Shown here in pieces: positions 24,001 through 37,578 of a DNA stretch of 64,000 bases. Every line of letters starts with the position of its first letter. Positions within the stretch are counted from its first letter, which is position 1. The notes beneath the pieces were generated by a model. It ran no database searches and was not told the DNA's origin. It saw only the letters and a program-made list of their open reading frames with translations. A program made the position numbers and the translations under genes. Origin of the DNA: Cenococcum geophilum (lineage: Eukaryota); assembly GCA_050273025.1 (NCBI GenBank), contig CP158636.1, positions 8,990,001 through 9,054,000 of the forward strand, written 5' to 3'.

Positions 24001-27000
24001 CCGTCTACAGAAAGCTGTCTAAATACTCCCTATCTATAGATAACGTCTTTATAGAGAAACTTTACTACACTTTTTATATCCTTTTTCTAAAGGGCTTAAG
24101 CTTCCACTTATCTAGATACGTATTCTTAAGCAGTAGCCAGGTATTAGAAACTGAGACGAGTTATTAGTATAAACGTAATATCTACGGTTACTTGGTGCTA
24201 TAAAATGGACTCCTATATAGGGTGTATTGCTTCTTCTTTTTGTCCTAGCTATTGTCCCTAGCATTATAGGCACGACTTAATATGCTATAATATCTGATCC
24301 TATAGTCCTAGCCACTAATATTAATTTAAGACTCTTTAATATGTTTCTTCTTATCTATAATATCTACTCTAATTATAAAGGTTCTTAATAATCTTTTGCT
24401 AAGTATTTTCGTTATTAATTACCCTTTATATTAGTATATTTTTCGACTATTAGCGGAAGAGCTGTTAATTACGTACTAGGAATTTTAGCGTATATTGTTT
24501 AAACTTTTTAAACTCTTTAGTATTTAGTTCTTTTAGACGTTATAATGTTACTAGCTATTTTATAATCTTCTAAGACTCCCCTAAATATAAGTCTTCCAGT
24601 AGTAGATCTACCTCTATTTTAATTAGGCTAGCTGTATATTCTAAAGTACTTAGCTCGCAGTTAATAAACTCTTTAATATCCTTAGTCGGCTTATTAGGTC
24701 GTTTACTATCTAGTAGCCGTTGTAATAGTCTATCAGCTAGGCTATTTTTCTTCCCTAGTATATGCCTAATATTAAAGTCCCATAACTAGATCTATGCTAG
24801 CTATTATATTATTAAGGCTCCTGGTAAATCCGTAGCAGTATAATTTAGTTATGTAACTAAGGTATTTATATCTATCTTAACTATAAAGCGGACGCCGTAT
24901 AGGTATACTTAATACTTCTTTAATGCATATAGTAATGCCCGATATTTAAGCTTTCCTAAATTATACTTCTGCTCCGCTTAAGACTAGATGCTACTCTTAT
25001 ATTAATAGGTGGCGATAACCTTATATGTCTAGTTGTATAAGACCGCATCCCCACCCATTCTTATATCCGTTAACAGCGAGAATAATTAGCCTAGCCCCCT
25101 TATTATAATCCAGTTAAACCAACGCGGGTGTGGTAGTAATTGTATGCTTTAAAGTCTTTATAGCGGCTATCTGCTCTATACCCTATATAAACGGAACATT
25201 CACTTATAGCAGTTAGAAGTTTGGCTCTGCCTTTATTATAAAGTCTTTTACCTATATTTAGTAATATATAACAATTCCTATAAATACTTAGGCAGATATA
25301 ACGTCTTCGCAGTCTCTTTAGTAAATAATCTTTACAACTTTTAACTATTTTAGATATCGCCTCTTTCTATTACAGCGGTAACTAACTACTATAATCTCGT
25401 TCTTATAGAAATGAGACTTTACGCCTAAGATCGTATACCTAGCTCGTTCTAAATCTACAAGTACTCTATCTAGCTATATAATATGTTCCAGAATATATCT
25501 ATATACGCTTAAAAGGCTCTCTTCTCCATTATATATTATCTATAGTCCTTTTACTATAATATTATCTAGAAACGGTAAGGTATAGTGTGGGATATATCGC
25601 TCTAGAATCTTAGTAATTGTCCTTATAAACTAGGCTACCGAATTTATTCCTTTTATAGGTACCGTCGTTTATTATAGAAGTCCTAGAGGTATTATAAAGG
25701 CTATTAGGTTCCTGCTTTCTATATCTAGCTCTAATTAGTTATATCTAAAGAAGAAGTCAACTAGAGATATAACCTTATACCCCGCAAACTCCTTAGAAAA
25801 CTTATTAGTATATAACGGCAGATTTACGTCCCTAATAGTTACTTGGTTAATATTTATCGCCACATTAATTAACCAGTACTTTTTATATTCCTTTTTACTT
25901 ACAAGAAACTATAAATTCCTATATAGGCTTTCGCAATATTCTAGAGTCCCTTAAGCTAGTTATTCTTATAATATATTTATTACTTCCCCTTATAGGGCTC
26001 TTAGTATAGGGAAGTTTAGCACTTACTATACTTTATACAGTACAGTCTTAATCTTTAATAGTAAAGTTACGTCTCTGCTAACGCAACCCATCTTAAAGAA
26101 CTTCTATACTAGAGCCTCTTCTTAGTTAAATAATATAGCCTTAAATATTTCTCGTTCTCTCAGCTAGAGGTTCCCTATAATTACGCGCTCTAATTATTCT
26201 AGCTTTAGCCGTATACTATAGGCCAGCTTAGTATACCGCGGCTTAAGGAAATGATTATATAGACTAAGGGGCAACCCTTAAATAGACGCCTTTTGCCGAC
26301 GTAAGGCCACTTCTCGCCACTTTATTATTCCTCCTATAACCGTTCTGTTTAGTGCTAACAAATTAACTAAACGGACTTTCTCTGCCTTTCGTTTATACGC
26401 AGTTGCTACACTTATAGCGTTCTATTAGGCCTTACTCCTATAGCCTTTTATTTACATTATAAATAGATTTATTATTTTTAATATTTGATATATAAGGGAT
26501 TTAGCCTTCGCTTTAAATACTAGCTTCTACCTTCCTCCTAAGTGCTTCTTTAAGACTTCCTTTAACGTTTTATTATTAAGCTCTCTCTATTTAGCGTTAT
26601 ACTCTTCTTCCTATTAATTACCCTATTTAGCGGATATCTAAAATAGTAAACGTCCTTATTAAAGTCGCACCTTATTTCCCTCCTTTCTATCCTTAACGTC
26701 CTCCTTATTCTAATACGCCGGGTTATAAGTAACCCCAGATATAATCCTAGCGGTTATACCGGTTACACGTTTCCTAAACTACTACCTATACTAATTCCTT
26801 TATTTAGTTTAAGGAACATTACGTCCTTATAGGATGTTAAGAACCTTATTTTAACTCCGCCATTTTTTAATTAAATAATGTAAGATACCTAGCCTATTAT
26901 AGTTTACTATATTACTAGTCTAGCCTTTACCGACTACGGCTTACTAAATATTACCTTATATAACATTTCTCCCATAGCAATAAAAGTTATAGATATTAAG

Positions 27001-29147
27001 ACGTCCCCTATAACTATAGGGGCTGCATATACTAATCTAATAAACTTAGACTAAGTCCTATTTACAAACGTTAAACGTACGCCCTATAACTATAGGGGCA
27101 GACTTAATATTGGTAAGCCGTGTTATAGAGCCATACTTTCCTTAATAAGGTTAAGCTCCGCTCTAAAGTTAATTAAGCACTTAACCCTTTTATCTCCTAT
27201 CTGTGCTTCCACCTTTAGACATTATTATTAAAACTAGGTAAATCCTGCTTCCTATTTAATCTAGTCTACCTCTACAGTTATTAGGCCAGCTTAATTAGCA
27301 TAAAATATTAGGTACGCCGATAATATAGATGCCTTAACGCCCTCTTACTTTTATTAGTAAGGCTCTATAAGAGGTAGCGGAAGAGGCTTAAAGAATAACC
27401 TTATGACTTTAGGTATATATATAAGGCAGTTACTAATAGTAACTTTAATAGTTTTTAATAAGATCTTATCCGCCATTATGGTTAGGCTTAGGACGTTCCC
27501 TTTTAGTATATCTATTATCCTAACCGGCTTTAGTCGCGGTATTTTAGCGGTTACGGTTACTTCTATTTCTTACTCTACTTCTCTTCTTAGCTATTCGGTA
27601 TAGTCTATTTCGTTAATCTCCTTATTATTTACTAGTAATTAGGGAGCCTACCGCTATAGTTATAGTGCGGTTTAGATATATTCTCCTAGTTGTATATTTT
27701 AAACTATTGCCAGTTACAAACTAGTTAGTTTTAAAGATGGTTTTATTACCCTTATATCTCCTCTCGGCTTTCTAAGATTGTATAACCGTGTTATAGGCTG
27801 CGACTAGGTTGCTGCTCCTACTAAATTAATGTATACCGACTCTACTTAATATATATCTTCCTAAGACTTACTAAGCTCTTCTTTACTTTTAGCGCTATTG
27901 CTTTCTATAAGCTCTACTAAGGACGCATTTAGTTAGATGCCTATCGTCATTATATTAGGATTAATATTCGCATTTTACCTTAGCCAGTCTTTAAGGAACT
28001 AAATTTAATAGTTACTCGGTAAATACGGGAGTAGATTTCCTAGGCGCTAACGTATTTTAGTATAGATTTAGTTATTCTCGTTTATATATAGGAACCCCTA
28101 GCTAACTAGTTCTTAGAGCTTTAGGCATTAGTTAATAAAATAATAAGGGCCTCTATATCTATAATACGTCTTAGCTTATATCTAGTATATACTAAAGTTT
28201 CTTAGTTCTCTATACCTTCCTAGGCCTAGCTTATATCGCTCTTATAGCGCCCCCTTATAGGACAGTAGTAGTCCGTTATTATTTATTACCGGTTATAAAC
28301 CTGCTTATTCTTAACGCACTAACGCCTTATTTAGGAGCTATATATACCATATTAGGTCTTAGTAAATCCTATTAAAGGAATAGCATTAAAGATATAACGC
28401 TTACTAATTTAACTGTCCTAAGATTAAGCTTCCGGAGTTAACTAGTAAGGTTCTTTAGCTTAGGGTCCGTCTCTTAGGTTATTTAACAGGCACTTACCGA
28501 CTTATTTAGCTAAAAGACTATAGGCGGCTAAAGAGCAGCATCTCTCTAGTTTAATATAGCCGGCTACTGCTCGCGGAATTGTCTAACTAACTAACGGAGA
28601 CCTTACTCCTTAGGGTTTATTATTAATAAGTGGTCTATGCCCTTATGCGAATTAAGCCTGTCTTCTATAGCCCTCCTTAGCAGGTGGAAGTTAAAAGATT
28701 CTTATCTATCTGGGTCAGCTTCTATCTTAGTTATAGTATATTTTTAATATTTAAATAGGAGTCCTTTTGCAAACCAGTATCCTTATTTACAGTTTTCCAA
28801 ATTACTAGCTTTAGTAACCTTCTAGGAAATTAGTGTAAATTGTCTATAGTACTCGCGTATACTACTAGATGGGTTATTCCTGCACTATAGTATATACGCT
28901 TCTAAGAATTCTACCGTCTTAACTTATTAAAAGTAGTTACTTCCTTAGTAGTCTATCTAAAGCTTTCCTATAAGTTCCGTCTATTTACTAATAATAAACT
29001 TAGGTAGACTTTGGATCTAGGTCCCTATCTGGTGGTTGTAATGTTCCAAAAGTCCTTAATACTTCTTATTGTTTGTAACACGGTGTTAAATATATAGTCG
29101 CTCGTATTGTTTAATAAATTGCAATATATTTTATCCCGTAAAGTAAG

Positions 29148-31494
29148 TGTTAGTTACACAAGGGGATATTACATAGCTACGGTTCGTAGATAGTATAATA
29201 ATTGTTATTCTTTCTTATTTCTTTGTAGGAATAAGGAAAGGGGTAAGGAATTAAAGGTTCCTTACCGCGCTAGGGCCACGTTAACACGTAACGACCGCTT
29301 ACCTCATTCCCGACACTAGCAACTCTTCTTTTATAGTTGCCATCTATATATACTTATAAATTGCCACTATATAAAGATACAAAGCTAAGGAAAAGAAGAA
29401 GATAAAGAAGGATGTTAAGTTTAATAAGAATATAAAGGGAGTCGCCAAGGCGCTAGTAGTAAGCGAGCTAATAGCGATTTTCTAGCCGGGCATGGAAAAT
29501 CCTAATTGGCTAGCAGAAGTTAGGGTCGGCAGAGTATGGTAGAAATTTAGCAGGTAGTACGCTCTAGGAAACTGTGTTGTTAAAATAGGGTTGCGGAGCT
29601 AGCGGAGCGTAACTGGATACGGCTAGCTTAAGCAAATAGGAACGACAGTCGACCAATAGGAATGCTCTTGAATTGCCTTTGTCATCGCATCTGCCGGGTT
29701 GTCTTGGCTACTAATCCATCGAATCCCAAAGAGTTCTTGATGCTCTACGAGGACCTCCACGAGAACCTCTGCGAGGACCTCCATAAGGACCTCCACGAGG
29801 ACCTCCATGAGGACCTCTATGAGGACCTCCACAAGGACCTCCACAAGGACCTCTATAAGAACCTCTATAAGGACCTCTGCGAGGACCTCCACAAGGACCT
29901 CTACGAGAATCTCCACGAGGATCTCTACGAGGACCTCTACAAGAATCTCCACGAGGACCTCTACGAGAATCTCCACGAGGATCTCCACCAGGACCTCCAC
30001 GAGGACCTCTACAAGGACCTCCACGATTGCTTTGTGGTTGACATTGATCGTACCCTCTACCGTATTCTAATTCCCCACTGAACTTCTTCTCCTAATCTTG
30101 CTGTGGCAGGGTTTAGAGGTTATTAGATCTTGAAGCAAGGGGATCTTACGCTTGCTTACGTTGCGGGGGTTGTTGCGGAGGTTGCTGCGGATGTTGCCGC
30201 GGAGGTTACTGCGGAGGTTCTTACGGAGATTGCTACGGCTGCTGTGGTTGCTGCGGAGGTTCTTGTAGAGGTTCTTGCGGAGGTTCTTGCAGAGATTGAT
30301 GTGGAGATTCTTGCGGAGGTTCTTACAGAAGTTGCTGCGGAGGTCGCTACGGAGATTGCTTCGGAGCTTGTTGCGGAGCTTAAGGCACGGGTTGAGATAC
30401 GGCAGCCTGAGGAACTTGAGGTGTTTGATAGCCTAAGGTTGTTTATAGTGTTGCTTGTGGCTATCCGTTATTATCATTCCCTTAAGAGTTAAACTTCTTT
30501 TGGTGCTTAATCTCTTGTGGAGTCTATTCGTGCTCTTCTTTTACGTCAAGGACTTGCTAAATATTATCTCTAATAGTACCCCCATTTATAAGGACAAATA
30601 CTCCTTTCTCCCAAAGGAAGTCTCGAAAATCTTAAATAATATAAATATTACCAAGTGCCTAGGTGTTGGCAGTCCATCCCATAAAATCCTCCCTAAAATA
30701 TTCCTACAGCTATAAATCGGCGTAGTATCTACTTTAGTAAAATAGAATACGGTGTAAAAGAAAGCTATTAACTTGTTTTACGGTATAAGTTATTATATTA
30801 AGGGTAAATTCGTCCTAATTTTCGTCGATGAGTTTTGCGTACGTAGCTACCCCTAGTAGTAAGGAGTCTTTCCAGTTGTTTAACGTAACTGTGGCCATAT
30901 TTTCGGCTTACGGCTATATTATCAGGTGTCATAATAGAGATTATAGAGTTATAGGAATTGTCGTTTGGTACGCGTTCGTAATATATACTTGTCATTTAGT
31001 ACGCGTTTGTAGTTTAGTACGCGTTCGTGACGTATATTTGCGATTATAGGGCTTAGGACTAGTTCTAGCCTTAAATCGCGAAGACTCGTAAAGCGTGTTA
31101 TTTTATATAATAGACGTAAGAATCTATAATCTTAGAAAGGCTTAGGACTAGTTCTGGCCTTTAGATCCTTAGATTTATAGAAGAGTTCTATTTAAGGTTT
31201 AGGACCAGTTCTAACCTCAAAAGACAGCTTCCTCTAGTACGAGTAGCACTAGTACAGTAGCTCGTCTCTTTTTGGTGGAATACTTTACTATTCTATAGTA
31301 TAACAGTAAAGTTAACCACTAATCAGTGTTGGTTATACAAGGGGATATTACGTAGCTACGGTTTGTAGATAGTATAATGATTATTATTCTTTCTTATTTC
31401 TTTATAGGAATAAGGAAAGGGGTGAGGAACTAAAGGTTCCTCACCGCGCTAGGGCCACGTCGACACGTAACGACCGCTTGCCTTATTCCTAACA
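29148..31494 (-). mobile_element. Non-autonomous Copia-derived mini-element (2347 bp)
   Basis: 168-bp LTRs at 29148-29315 and 31327-31494; perfect TSD GTAAG. Gag N-terminus is homologous to 44980-45250. The RNase H tail (IRWISSQDNPADAMTK) is present; protease, integrase and RT are absent. Confidence 0.92.
29748..30024 (-). repeat. 12-bp tandem array (CGTGGAGGTCCT)n on the minus strand, ~23 units, encoding RGGP/RGDS in the gag frame
   Basis: Read directly from the sequence. It explains the EDLH, VEVL and RTST ORFs in the track. Confidence 0.9.
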
Positions 31495-34394
31495 GTAAGA
31501 AATCCCTAGAGTCCCTAAAGCTAGTATAGGTTAGGCTATAATATATACCTTATCTTGTTCTATTAGTGGTTTATTATAAGGCAACAAACTAGCAGTTTCT
31601 CCTAGAGTAGGTAAGTTAACCTCCTAGTTCTTGTCCTCTCTTTACTAAAGGTTATTAGTTCTAGACGTTATAGGAGTTAGATCTAGTACCGCATCCTCTA
31701 GGTTAAAAAAACTTTATAGGTTAATAGGCTGCCTGCTTTCTTCTCCGCCGTTATTATAAAATAGGCCTAGCATCCCTAGTATTCCCTTTATCGGTCCCGT
31801 CGCTATTACTCTTATAAATTTAAGGGAGGCTTATATAAATGCTAGAAGAATTGTATAAACCGTTATAAATATAGTAAATAAAAAATTAAAGACTTCTTTC
31901 TGCTAGTCCTAATGCCTTATAACCCTCTCTTTTATCCTCCGTCCTGCTATACCCTATGCTTGCATTCCTACTCCTAGTTATCTATTCCGTCTACTATAAG
32001 TCTTAGATAACAATCTCCGAAAGTATTATTAACTTATTTTAATAATGGTAGTGCCTACGCGTACGTCGCTAGTAGTTCCGTGCTTAATTTCCGCACCTAT
32101 TAGTAACTTAACGGCTTCCGGTAATAGTAACTTAACAGTTTTTAGTCCTTTTATGGCTGCAGCACGTTCCTATACGTCTCCTATATATATAGCGCTGGAC
32201 TTCTAATTTAAAGAGCTTGCTGTCGTCCCCACGTGGAATGCCATATATAGTAGTATACGCGGTCCCTCTTAAATAGGAAGTCATAGTGCTATTAGGTCTG
32301 TTAGTCGGTTATAATTAGTTAGTAGAAATTAGTAGAAAAGCAGTTAGTAAGAAGAGAAGAAAAGAGTGTATTCTATGTCCGTTATGCCTATCCTAGTTAC
32401 TGAAGACTCTAAAGGCACTAGACCGATCTATATAACTTATAGAAGGCCTAGGCTCTCTTAAAGCTATGCCTAATCTAGATGTTAAATCCAGGGGCCATAT
32501 TACACCACTACACTATTAAATTAGAATTAAGGAAGGCGATAAATAAAAGCAGCTTTTAGGTTAAAGAAAGGACTATATAAACTATTAGTTATATAATTTA
32601 GGTTAATAAATATACTAGTAACGTTCTAGAAACAAATTAATAGTATATTAAGAGAACACCATAATAAGTTTATTATAATATACCTGTTAGTCACATAGGG
32701 TAACTTACTAATAACGACTACTTAAGTAGGTTATAGTAATAATAGTTAATATACTTATTATTAGAATAAGGGAGGGCGAGGAGCTTAGGGCTTCTCGCTA
32801 CGCTAGCGCCGCGGAGATATATAATAATCGCTTACCTTATTCCTAACACTAGCAACTCTTCTTTTATAGCTGCTATCTATATACAAATACTACTTAACTA
32901 GCGTAATAAATATAAACCCTCCTTATTTACTATTGCCATTGTAATATAAGTCTTACTGTTCTAAAATTTGCCTTTTAGTATATAGTGCTTTCTTACTTAG
33001 GAGTTATAGGTAGATATTATATCTAGGCCGCTAAGGCGCTAGTTATAAGCAAGCTAATAGCAATTTTCTATCTTAGGGATAGAAAATCCTAATTAGCTAG
33101 TTAGAATTAGGGTCTATAGATTATTATACTCCTACTCCCTTTTAACCTAACCTTTAACTTATATATATAGAGTATTTGTATTAACAAACGTTTCTAAAGC
33201 CTTATTTAGGTTTGCCTTTATTATTATATCTACTAAATTATCTTAACCATTAATCTATTAAATCTTAAAGAGTTCTCGCCGTTTATAGAATTAATAAAGT
33301 GCTATAATGTCGATTATAAGGCGCTTCTTCTTTATAGTATTAAGCTTAACTAAACACTTATAGAGGGAGTATAAGTCGGTATATACGATTATAGGGATAA
33401 CAGGAAGTTCGAGTTAATCTATAATTATTTTTAGGGTAGTTCTAATTACAATTGCTATATTAACTCCGCTAACTATTTTATATATTTCTAACGCTAAAAC
33501 GCTTTAAGTAATGCGCTTACTCTTAGTTAAGCTCTAATAGATAAGATTGCCGTAGATTATAAAGTTATTCTCTCTAGTAGATTTATTTGTAATAATAATC
33601 TTATATTCTAATTAGGAGCTAAAAACTTTATTATTTATAAACAATCTATTAACAAATATAAAAAGCTTAGCGGTGGGGAGATTAGTAGGCATATAAAGTA
33701 GTCCCTAATTAAGATAGTTTATTTACCAGGAAAGACGCTTATTTAGGGCAAGAACGTTATTCTTAGTTAGTTTCTAATATTAAGCGGTAATAGAGAGATT
33801 AAATAAAGCCTTAGATTAATAGATAAAAGTAATATAAGCTCTATAAGCGCGTTACTCTATATATCCTTACTTTAGAGAATTAACGTTAATAATATTAATC
33901 TTCTTACCTTAACCCTTCTAGCGTAAAGCAATAGAATCCTTATTTAAGGAGAGGATACATTTATTAAAGAGTAATAGTGTTATTAAATTAAGCCTTTCCT
34001 TTAGCTTTGCTATAAGATTTGCCTTTACTAGCTCGTCTTCTTTAAGAGCTAAGAACTAGTTATCTCCTAAAATAATTATATTATTAGTTTATATGCTAAT
34101 AATTCTAAATAGAGTTCCCGTAGTTATAATAAGGAAGTAGGAATTAAATATAGAAGTAGTTATTAAAAGCTTCTCTTTATGGTGCTTGCTATAGGTAGTA
34201 AATTCTTACCTCTATAATTCTATATAATAGCTTAAGCATAACCATAATTATATCTTTAGGATACTGGTAGCGAATTTACTCTAGAAGGTACGCCAATATT
34301 AAGCGCTAAAGGTGCGTCTCTAATTAGGTATAGGCTTAAGTAATATTTTATAAATAAACCGCTATTTTATTCTTTATTAAGAAGGGAGCTAGCG

Positions 34395-36098
34395 TAATAA
34401 TAAAAATTCTAGATTTAAAAATAAGGATAATAATAGTATTTGCAGCTAGTAAAAAAAATATATAATTTAAAATTTAATTATATATAATCTAAATAATCTA
34501 AATTAATCTTTTCTGCCTACCGCCTGTGTCTGTTATGGAGCTCTACGATTGCTCGAGCGTCGGGCGATTAACTGAGGAGCCTCTCGCGGAGGCTCCAAAT
34601 CGTCGATCGGCGGTGTTCCTGACGACCTGGCCGTGTACTGATTTCCTAACTAGGCCTAGTGCCTGCCTGCCTGCCTGCCTGCCTGTCCTGCCTGTCCTGC
34701 CTATCCTACCTATCTATGCCTGCCTGTGCCTGTCGTGCCTACCTGTTTATGCCTACCTGTCTATATCTGTAATTTAGGGGAAAGGTTAGCCCGATTAAAG
34801 GTTCTGCTTAATTTAATTAATTATATTAATTTAAATCGCTCTCTATAGTCGTTTGCTGGCTATATATTTAAATAGTAGTTGTCTAGGGTGCCTCCTTAGG
34901 AGGCCTTAATTTAATTTAATTTGGTAATAGGCTGATATTAAGGCCCCGGTTCGATTTAATTAATTAATTAAATTAATTATAGTGTTCGCTAGCTGGTTAT
35001 TTAAACAATTATTGTCTAGCTCTAGCGATAGTTGTCTAGCTCTGGCAACGGTTATCTGGCTCTAACGACGGCCGTCTAGCTCTGACGACGGTCGTCTGGT
35101 TTTAGCAACGGTCTCTAGTTCTGGCGACGGTCTCTAGTTCTAGTGACGGTCCTCTTCTACCTGCCTCTTGTCTACCTGCCTATGTTAGTATCCAATTTAA
35201 TTTAGGGGAGGGGTTGGCCTAATTAAAGGATCTAATTAATTTAGATCGTTCTCTATAGCCGTTTGCTAGCTGTATATTTAAACGGTAGTTATCTAGGGTA
35301 CCTCCCTAGGAGGCCTTAATTTAATTCGGTAATGGGCTAATATTAAAGCTCTGGTTTAATTCGATCGATTAATTAATTAAATTATTTATAGTATTCGCTA
35401 GCTAGTTGTTTAAAAGGTCGTTGTCTAGTTCTGGTAACGGTTGTCTAGTTTTAGGACGGTTGTCTGGCTCTAGGACGGTTATCTAGTTCTAGTAACAGTT
35501 ATTTGGTTTTGGCGACGGTCGTCTAGTTCTAGCGATAGTCGTCTAGTTTTAGCGACGGTCCTTTACTAGCTGCTATTCTAGTGCCTCCTAAGGTAGAAAG
35601 GATGTAAGGAAGGGTAAAAAATAAGGTGGCTATAAAGGGGGTAACTTGGCAGAGGCACGTGTAGGCTATTAGGAATATAGTGGGGATCTGATAGCACTGT
35701 GTGTCGCGCCCGATAGCACTATATGTCGCGCGCGCGCGCACCTAAGGTGGGGGGGGGGTGTTGTATAAGGGGGGGTGTCGCATTGGGGGTGTTGCTTGAG
35801 GGTGTGCAGAGGTGTCGCTTTTGGGGGGGGGTATTAGGAGGGGTGTTGCTTAGGGGTATTCTGCCAGGAACCTAATAGGACGATTAGGAAATACTAGTTT
35901 CCTATTAGGACCTAATAGGACCCTAATAGAAAATTAAAGATCCTAGTAGGAGCCTATTAGGACAACTAGGACGATTAGGAAAATTAAAATCCTACCAGGA
36001 GCCTGTTAGGAGCCTGTTAGGACCTCTAGGACCTCTAGGACAATCAAAATCCTATTAGGAGGCCTCTAGGATCTTAGCACCCTAACAAAATGCTGATA
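34395..36098. mobile_element. Left-truncated copy of the CATCAG-ended non-coding element
   Basis: Colinear with 48032-49720 and ends at the same terminus (TGCTGATA). Inserted in Copia RT. Confidence 0.88.
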
Positions 36099-37578
36099 AG
36101 GGTTATACTTCTTAAATTTAAAGACTCCTCTTATAATAAGACTATTAATCTTTTACTTATTGGATACTTAGAAAGGAGCTCTAGGAGTTATAATATAACC
36201 TTCCTTTTAAAGCTATTTTGCGAGCTTAAAGTTAGCTTCCTCCTTAGCTGTTATAAAGGCCATTAATAACTTAACTTTATTATTAATAGCGGTAATAAAT
36301 TGCTCTTTAAAATTAATAAAATATTGGCGATTTTATAATCCTTTTAGGCGACCTCTACCGCGTTATAGTTACGGCACCTCTACTATAATTATATTAGAAT
36401 TATAGTCGCCTTCTAGAGTATATTAATTATAGTTCTTTTTTAGGGTATCCTATAAAGGCTTAGAACTATTATCTTTATAATAAGGCTTAATAACAGTTAA
36501 ATGGAATTAAGTGGGTCTATAAGGCATCTAAATAATATAAGTTTAACTATTAATTGCAATAAGTTAATATAGGCCTAACTACCCTCCCTTTTTACGCTAT
36601 ATGCGTACCTTAGACTATAGTAGTAGATTAAGCGTAATTAAGGTATTTAGGCCATTTCTTATTCCTAGTGCGTTATTAACCTAGCGTATAGCATAAAGAT
36701 ATTATACTTCCTTCGTTGCCTTATAAATAGCCTTAGCTTATTATATAATAGAGGGAAATAGTAACAAATTATTAGTTATTTAAGGGTAGGCGCTAAAGAC
36801 TAGTAATATAGGTATAAGTCCATCTAGGCCAGCAGAATTATTAACGGCTTTAATAGCTATTTATAAGGTAAGTTCTTCGTTAGCATCCTCTAGTTCTAAA
36901 GAGATAATCTTATATACGCGGTATAATAACGCGTAATATCACTCTACTTCTTTAATACTATTATATGCCTTAATAGGGACTTCCTTAACCTTAATTGCTA
37001 TTGCCTTTATCTATTATTAAAACTCTATAGATAAGAAGTTCTTTTTTACGTTATAGATAATTTAATTAGGGGGTTTTAGGTAGATATTAATCTAGTATAA
37101 TTATAGGGTATTCTATACGTTTCTAGCTAATATATCCTTTAAGAAACGTAAGGCTTAGAAGGAGGTTAAGAAGTTAATAACTTAAAGTACTGGCTTACCG
37201 CTAAGATATATAACGTTAACGATAATATAGAAGTTAAAGTTATAGTTATCTTTAAGGGTAAACTTAAATCGGCTAGGGGACTTCTAGTTTATTTAGTAGT
37301 AATAATAGTACTTTATAAAATACTTAATTGCCTTAACCTTAACTTTATAGCCTATTTATTAAAAAAAACCCTAAGCAATTAATAAACGGATAGGTAGCTA
37401 AAATAATAGTATAGTTAATATAACTCTAACTTAGTTAGGTAGCTTTAAGTAACACTCTTTTTTAGTTAATAAAGGAGTAACTAAGGGTAACCCTACTTGC
37501 GTATAATAGGTACCCAACTATCTCCCTATATAAGTATATTCTTAAGGTTATTAAGCTTAACGCCTAATTTGTTTATAT

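Larger units (their letters stand above)
19532..32512 (-). mobile_element. Large Ty3/Gypsy LTR retrotransposon (non-chromoviral, possibly Ylt1-like), full length
   Basis: ~265-bp LTRs at 19532-19796 and 32246-32512 with TGTAGTGG...CCACTACA ends; 4-bp TSD CTAT; TGG-starting PBS at ~32225-32243; PPT ~19799. Domains: gag zinc knuckle ~28125-28170, protease ~27150-27190, RT ~25300-26100, RNase H ~24780-25100, integrase ~23340-24400 (KWLGPFRV). Confidence 0.9.

Noticed and set aside
29623..30492. EDLH, VEVL, RTST and AEVA repeat proteins as real genes
   Set aside because: They are alternative frames of gag-derived 12-bp repeats. The frame continuous with gag reads PPQE and RGGP.
34395..36098. Complete Helitron-like insertion without TSD
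   Set aside because: The second copy extends ~230 bp further to a matching inverted terminus, and host sequence is missing at the junction. Truncation by deletion explains it better.
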